Shown piece by piece: positions 27,204 through 32,000 of a DNA stretch of 32,000 nucleotides (position 1 is its first letter; each line of letters begins with the position of its first letter). The stretch spans positions 1,470,001-1,502,000 of the forward strand of contig NC_016012.1 of assembly GCF_000283555.1 (NCBI RefSeq). The letters run 5' to 3'. A program made the position numbers and the translations under genes. The notes under the pieces were generated by a model, which saw nothing but the letters and a program-made list of their open reading frames with translations, did not search any database and was not told the DNA's origin. Source of the DNA: Candidatus Arthromitus sp. SFB-rat-Yit (GTDB taxonomy: Bacteria; Bacillota; Clostridia; Clostridiales; Clostridiaceae).

Positions 27204-28490
27204 CTATATTATATTCTTAAACTCTTTTATATCATCTTTATATTCTCTATATATATTAGCACCTAATTTTCTAAATTTTTCCTCTATATTGGGATACCCT
27301 CTATCTATATGCTTTATTGAAGTTATCTCTGTGGTCCCTTTAGCAACTAATCCTGCTATAATCATAGCAGCACCGGCTCTTAAATCTGTAGCTTTAAGTT
27401 TACATCCTGTAAGCTTATCTACTCCGTTTATAATAGCAGCTCTTCCTTCAATCTTAACATTTACTCCCATTTTTTTTAGTTCATCAAAATACTTAAATCT
27501 ATTTTCAAATATACTTTCACTTATAATACTTGTTCCTTCAGAAATACTCATAAGAACACCTATTATTTGCTGTACATCAGTGGGAAATCCTGGATACGGT
27601 GCAGTTTTAATATTTACACCTTTTAAACGTTCCGTACTTTTTACTAAAATACTATCATCATATTCAAAAATAGTTACACCCATTTCTATTAGTTTTGCTG
27701 TTATAGACTCTAAATGCTTTGGTATTACATTTTTAATTAATACCTCTCCCGTACAAGCTGCCGTTGCCATCATATATGTAGATGCTTCTATTTGATCTGG
27801 TATTATCGAGTAATTACACCCTAAAAGTCTTTTGACTCCAGTTATTTTTATAATATCTGTTCCTGCACCTTTTATATTAGCACCCATCAAATTAAGAAAA
27901 TTTGCTACGTCTACAACATGTGGTTCCTTTGCAACATTTTCAAGCACAGTAACTCCATCAGCAAAGCATGCCGCTAACATTACATTTATAGTTGCCCCCA
28001 CACTTACTACATCAAAAAATATATTGTTGCCAACTAATTTATCCGTTTCAGCAATTACTGAACCATGTTCAATTCTAATATTAACACCAAGTTTTTCCAA
28101 ACCTTTTATATGCTGATCTATAGGTCGATCACCTATACTACATCCTCCTGGAAGATCCACAATTGTCTTTTTAAATCTTGCTAACAATGCTCCTATCAAA
28201 TAATAAGAAGCTCTCATATTATGTACATCATCACTATCAGCTCGATAATTTTTCAAATTTGAATTATCTATTATTAAGGTATTATTTACCTTTCTTACAC
28301 TAGATCCTAATGTTTTTAAAATTCTCACTAGTTTATTAACATCCTCTATATCGGGTATATTATCTATTATACATATACCCTCACTGCACATAACTGTAGC
28401 TGGTATAACAGCAACAGCTGCATTTTTCGCACCACTAATTTCTATACTTCCATAAAGTGGATTAGATCCATTTATTATAATCTTTTCCAT
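27204..28490 (-). CDS. murA: UDP-N-acetylglucosamine 1-carboxyvinyltransferase
   Basis: [89 protein letters not shown] and [18 protein letters not shown]. Confidence 0.97.
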   Translation of the reverse strand: MEKIIINGSNPLYGSIEISGAKNAAVAVIPATVMCSEGICIIDNIPDIEDVNKLVRILKTLGSSVRKVNNTLIIDNSNLKNYRADSDDVHNMRASYYLIGALLARFKKTIVDLPGGCSIGDRPIDQHIKGLEKLGVNIRIEHGSVIAETDKLVGNNIFFDVVSVGATINVMLAACFADGVTVLENVAKEPHVVDVANFLNLMGANIKGAGTDIIKITGVKRLLGCNYSIIPDQIEASTYMMATAACTGEVLIKNVIPKHLESITAKLIEMGVTIFEYDDSILVKSTERLKGVNIKTAPYPGFPTDVQQIIGVLMSISEGTSIISESIFENRFKYFDELKKMGVNVKIEGRAAIINGVDKLTGCKLKATDLRAGAAMIIAGLVAKGTTEITSIKHIDRGYPNIEEKFRKLGANIYREYKDDIKEFKNII

Positions 28491-28579
28491 CCATTCTCCC
28501 TACTTTAAATTGAGTTTAAATATAATAAAAATATCTAATTAACAATCCTTATTAAACTTTTTTAAAGTCGCTCTTAAAT

Positions 28580-28609
28580 ATTCTAACTTTTATCGGTGTT
28601 TTTTGTCAA
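28580..28609 (-). promoter_or_regulatory. Sigma-70-type promoter of the murA-yycJ-yyzF-SEC-C-rlmH-like operon
   Basis: Minus strand TTGACA, 18 nt, TAGAAT upstream of murA. Confidence 0.5.
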
Positions 28610-28703
28610 TATTCTTAACAATAAACATAGTATTTTCTAAATTTTAGTTAATATTATTCCTTAATTTAAATAATTTTATTCACGCCTAACATTCAAAAAA
28701 TAA

Positions 28704-28749
28704 AAAGCACTCTATATACCTTAAAATAATTTTGGTATATGAGTGCTTT
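28704..28749 (-). terminator. Terminator of the DUF1540 gene
   Basis: AAAGCACTCTATATACC / GGTATATGAGTGCTTT arms, one bulge, with T-rich tract downstream on the minus strand. Confidence 0.8.
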
Positions 28750-28753
28750 GCAA

Positions 28754-28912
28754 TTATTTCATAGACTGAAAACTTGCACAATCTGTTGACTCTACATTTT
28801 TTGCTATAGCTTCATGTTTAGTTATCTTTATTTGCTCTAAAGTGCAATACTGATTTTTATCATTAAATTTGCATTCTACTACGTTACATAATATATTATT
28901 ATTTTTCAACAT
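28754..28912 (-). CDS. DUF1540-like small Cys-rich protein (not in the ORF track)
   Basis: Manual reverse-strand reading: MLKNNNIICNVVECKFNDKNQYCTLEQIKITKHEAIAKNVESTDCASFQSMK (52 aa). Pattern CxxxxC(8)C...tdCxsF; AAAG-rich ribosome binding region. Confidence 0.8.
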   Translation of the reverse strand: MLKNNNILCNVVECKFNDKNQYCTLEQIKITKHEAIAKNVESTDCASFQSMK

Positions 28913-29043
28913 CTTTACCTCTACCTTTAAACAAAATCACTATTTTATTATTAATTTCTTATTATTTTTTTATTCTATATTGTGTTATAATCCTATTATT
29001 ACATTTAGAGGGGGATTTTAGGTTAATATACCTGCTATTAATT

Positions 29044-29544
29044 ATGAAATACATTATTAAATGTGGTTTTACAGATAATTCTATAAAGGATTTAAAATAT
29101 TTCAAAAATCAATTTCATCAAAAGTATAATTGTGTGAAAAATAAAAATTCATTATATACACCCTTACTTAGTTTTAATTGTAATGATTGTATTAAATTTG
29201 ATCCTCAATTAATAAAAAAAATTCAAAACTTACAAACTTTTAGAATTAATATATCTAATATCAAATTACAAAATAAAGTAGTTTATCTGTTAATAGAACC
29301 TCTGGGTTTTATATCATCAATACAACGATTATTCGAAGAATACTTTTTAATAAATAGTATCAAATATAATAAAATAAATAAATGGGATCATTTATACATA
29401 AAATATATAAATATTGATAAACTTAATGTAAATATAGCTGATTTATTTTTTCCGCCATATATAAAAGTATCATCAATAAATATATTTAAATATAACAACA
29501 AAAAATCAACTCTACTAGACTCTATAAGTTTAAAAAATATATAA
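29044..29544 (+). CDS. Hypothetical protein, possible degenerate 2H phosphoesterase (LigT-like) fold
   Basis: 166 aa; Start-stop ORF with promoter-like TTATAAT upstream. Weak pattern resemblance: YTPLLSFN and WDHLYIKYIN occupy places where HxT motifs would be. Confidence 0.5.
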   Translation: MKYIIKCGFTDNSIKDLKYFKNQFHQKYNCVKNKNSLYTPLLSFNCNDCIKFDPQLIKKIQNLQTFRINISNIKLQNKVVYLLIEPLGFISSIQRLFEEYFLINSIKYNKINKWDHLYIKYINIDKLNVNIADLFFPPYIKVSSINIFKYNNKKSTLLDSISLKNI

Positions 29545-29612
29545 AAGAATCACCTTAATTAATTAATATAATAAACTAAAAATTATATAATTAATTTTAA
29601 GGTGATTCTTTC

Positions 29613-30806
29613 ATGATTAATAATATTAAAAAAAGGCTTCATCCAAATCTTCTATACGCATTTAACCTAAATAAACTTACTTCATATAGAATAATATTAG
29701 AATTGAAACATAACTCATCATCTCTAATAAAAAAAATTCAAAATAATCAAGGATGTATTTTTACACATCATATACCAGACCTAAATTTAGTGTGTTGTAC
29801 AGTACCACATAAATTCTTATATACCCTTGTAAACTCTCCTCAAGTTAAATATATTTCATTTGATTCTGAAGTTTTTTTATGTGGAAATAAACTATTTCCA
29901 GAAACTGAAAAATCAAGTTATAAAACATCAGCAAACAATAATACATTAACTGGTAAAAATATAACTATAGCCATGATAGATTCAGGAATTTATCCATTAG
30001 ACACTTTTACAAAATCTAAAAATAGAATACTGTTCTTCAAAGATATTGTAAATGACTTCTCGTATCCTTATGATGATAACGGTCACGGCACAGCTATGTG
30101 TAATATAATAGGTGGAAACTTCACGTATAAAAACAAAATACTTAAAAATTCTTCAGAGTGCAATTTTTGTATGATAAAAGCTTTTGATAAATACAATAAG
30201 TCCTATTGCTCATTAATTTTTAAGGCTATTGATTTAATACTTGAAATTTCCTCAAAATACAATATTCAAATATTGTATCTTCCATTTGAGCTTTATGAAT
30301 TTAATAATTTTTTATTAAATATATTTCAAGCCTTGATAAACAAAATATCTAAATCCAATATTATTGTATTACTTCCTATAGGAAATAACTCAACCAATTA
30401 TTCTTCATTAAAAGGATTATCTTTACTTAATAATTGTATTGTTGTTGGGGGTAATAATTTTAAAGACTCATCAAAAGGTATTTATATAAATACTTTCATA
30501 AAACCTAATGTGATATCAATTTACGAAAATATAAAAGTACAAAATATAGATGTTAAATACATCCCTGAAAAAAACAATCAGTATATATATCCAACTAAAC
30601 TTAAAAATTCATCGATAGAATACTTTGGAAGTTCCTGTTCTTGTGCTTATGTATCTTCTTTAATAGCATTACTTAAGCAAAAAAACATATCGATAAATAC
30701 AATAGACATCATTTCTTTATTTAAAATAAGCTGTAATAAAATAAATAATTTAGATAATTCAGTACAGGGACTAGGTATAATCGATATAACCAAATTATTA
30801 GAATGA
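29613..30806 (+). CDS. S8 subtilisin-like serine protease with I9-like propeptide region, no obvious signal peptide
   Basis: Asp motif ITIAMIDSGI, His motif YDDNGHGTAMCNIIGG, Asn region VLLPIGNNSTN, Ser motif YFGSSCSCAYVSSLIALL; strong AGG ribosome binding site (TTTTAAGGTG). Confidence 0.85.
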   Translation: MINNIKKRLHPNLLYAFNLNKLTSYRIILELKHNSSSLIKKIQNNQGCIFTHHIPDLNLVCCTVPHKFLYTLVNSPQVKYISFDSEVFLCGNKLFPETEKSSYKTSANNNTLTGKNITIAMIDSGIYPLDTFTKSKNRILFFKDIVNDFSYPYDDNGHGTAMCNIIGGNFTYKNKILKNSSECNFCMIKAFDKYNKSYCSLIFKAIDLILEISSKYNIQILYLPFELYEFNNFLLNIFQALINKISKSNIIVLLPIGNNSTNYSSLKGLSLLNNCIVVGGNNFKDSSKGIYINTFIKPNVISIYENIKVQNIDVKYIPEKNNQYIYPTKLKNSSIEYFGSSCSCAYVSSLIALLKQKNISINTIDIISLFKISCNKINNLDNSVQGLGIIDITKLLE

Positions 30807-30823
30807 TTTCACATCTCTATTGG

Positions 30824-31966
30824 TTAATATGCTACATAATTAAGAGGATTATCTGCTTTACCATTTACCCTAACTTCAAAATGTAAGTGTGGACCTGTGC
30901 TTCTTCCGGTATTACCTATTTCACCTATCAATTGACCTTTTTTCACGTATTCACCTTCTTTTATAAACATAACATCGCAGTGTCCATATAATGTTTCAAT
31001 TCCCTTACCATGATTCAATTTAATATAATTTCCATATACATTATTGTATGATACTAAATTTGCAAAACCAGATTCTGCTGCAAATATAGGATCCCCTATA
31101 TTCCCCGCAATATCAATTCCATGATGTTTTTCTCCACCCCATCTTAGTCCAAAAGGAGAAGTTATAATATTACCTTTTGAAGGATTATTTAAATAAAATA
31201 ATTCATTCCCTTGAACATCATTTAAAGAAGGTTTCAAGATTTTAGTAGATACTTTTCTCATCCCTATGTACTTATTATTATTATAAGTGATTTCTTTTAC
31301 AACTTCACGATCAAATCCATTTTCATACATTTTTTCTTCGTCATTATGCTGATCACAAATTTTTACTATCTGAACTTTATTATTTTTAGTGTTTTCCAAA
31401 AAAGTTTTACTAGCTACTATTTCGACGGTAGCTAAAATATTATTTTCCTGATTATTACTCAATATAAACTCATACAATTGATCTTCACTCATAATATCCT
31501 TAATATTTAAAACAACCTCCTTAAAATCAATTTTTTCTTTAATCTTAATCCAATTAATGGGAATATCTTTCAAATTATTCTTATTTATGTAGTAATTAAA
31601 CAATTTCTTTTTCACATTATCAAATACATCTTTATTTTCAATATTAGCGATTATTTTATCCCCAACTAATAAATTATACCCTTTTACATAAACTCCTAAA
31701 GCTTCATCTAAAATTTTACTAATTTCTTCAGGAGATAAAAAATCTCCTTTCTTAGCTAATCTTACTTTAAAACCTAAAGAATCTGTTTTTACAATTTTAT
31801 CTAATTCTATATTATTATTGTGTAATTTTTCTTTATAATATTCAGTAAATATTTTTTTATCTTTAGTTAATCCAATCTTATTCCCATTAATTAAAATTAC
31901 ATATCCTAAAGTTTTACCATATACCAAAAAAAATATTGATATTGCAAGAATAATGTTAATACTCAA
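30824..31966 (-). CDS. M23 family metallopeptidase; N-terminus may extend past 31966
   Basis: ITSPFGLRWGGEKHHGIDIAGNIGDPIFAAESG, YGNYIKLNHGKGIETLYGHCDVMFIKEGEYVKKGQLIGEIGNTGRSTGPHLHFEVRVNG; N-terminal hydrophobic segment. Confidence 0.92.
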   Translation of the reverse strand: MSINIILAISIFFLVYGKTLGYVILINGNKIGLTKDKKIFTEYYKEKLHNNNIELDKIVKTDSLGFKVRLAKKGDFLSPEEISKILDEALGVYVKGYNLLVGDKIIANIENKDVFDNVKKKLFNYYINKNNLKDIPINWIKIKEKIDFKEVVLNIKDIMSEDQLYEFILSNNQENNILATVEIVASKTFLENTKNNKVQIVKICDQHNDEEKMYENGFDREVVKEITYNNNKYIGMRKVSTKILKPSLNDVQGNELFYLNNPSKGNIITSPFGLRWGGEKHHGIDIAGNIGDPIFAAESGFANLVSYNNVYGNYIKLNHGKGIETLYGHCDVMFIKEGEYVKKGQLIGEIGNTGRSTGPHLHFEVRVNGKADNPLNYVAY

Positions 31967-32000
31967 AATTATGAACCCAACATTTATTTTGCATTTAAAA

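Noticed and set aside
27289-28116. Antisense ORFs 27289..27795(+) and 27832..28116(+) inside murA
   Set aside because: Long only because they mirror the coding pattern of a well-supported murA on the other strand; no ribosome binding site or domain.
1-32000. CRISPR arrays, toxin-antitoxin, phage, transposase or defence systems
   Set aside because: No regularly spaced repeats, Cas, recombinase, integrase or restriction-type proteins seen in any listed frame. The window looks like core chromosome.

Overview
AT-rich, gene-dense chromosomal window from a spore-forming Clostridia-like genome. The very low GC, the spore genes and the compactness would fit a reduced genome such as segmented filamentous bacteria, but this is inference only. 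No phage, transposon, CRISPR or restriction/defence island is visible. Recognisable content: ksgA(partial)-rnmV-yabE-like-tatD; four tRNAs (Glu-Val-Asp-Glu); split transketolase; NlpA/MetQ lipoprotein; SleC-like cortex-lytic protein; DUF3783 protein; murI; large glutamine synthetase; YkvI-like membrane protein; TIGR01212 radical SAM protein; UPF0397/duplicated-ATPase/EcfT ECF transporter; BFD-like Fe-S protein; LtaS-like enzyme; metG; rplI; spore-type Lon protease; XRE-cupin regulator; dnaB; a murA-yycJ-yyzF-SEC-C-rlmH operon; DUF1540; a subtilase; and an M23 peptidase. The most unusual observation is at 24960-25738. Two overlapping genes both resemble full-length RlmH (SPOUT 23S rRNA methyltransferase) but have complementary losses. 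The upstream copy keeps the SAM-binding IGGSEG...FTYPHQ region and lacks the C-terminal tail. The downstream copy keeps the LLEQIYRAYKIINNEPYHK tail and has lost the SAM loop. This suggests an obligate heterodimeric RlmH derived from a normally homodimeric enzyme with a composite active site. Two short genes absent from the ORF track, a YyzF-like CxxH/CxxC protein and a DUF1540 protein, were also read directly from the sequence.
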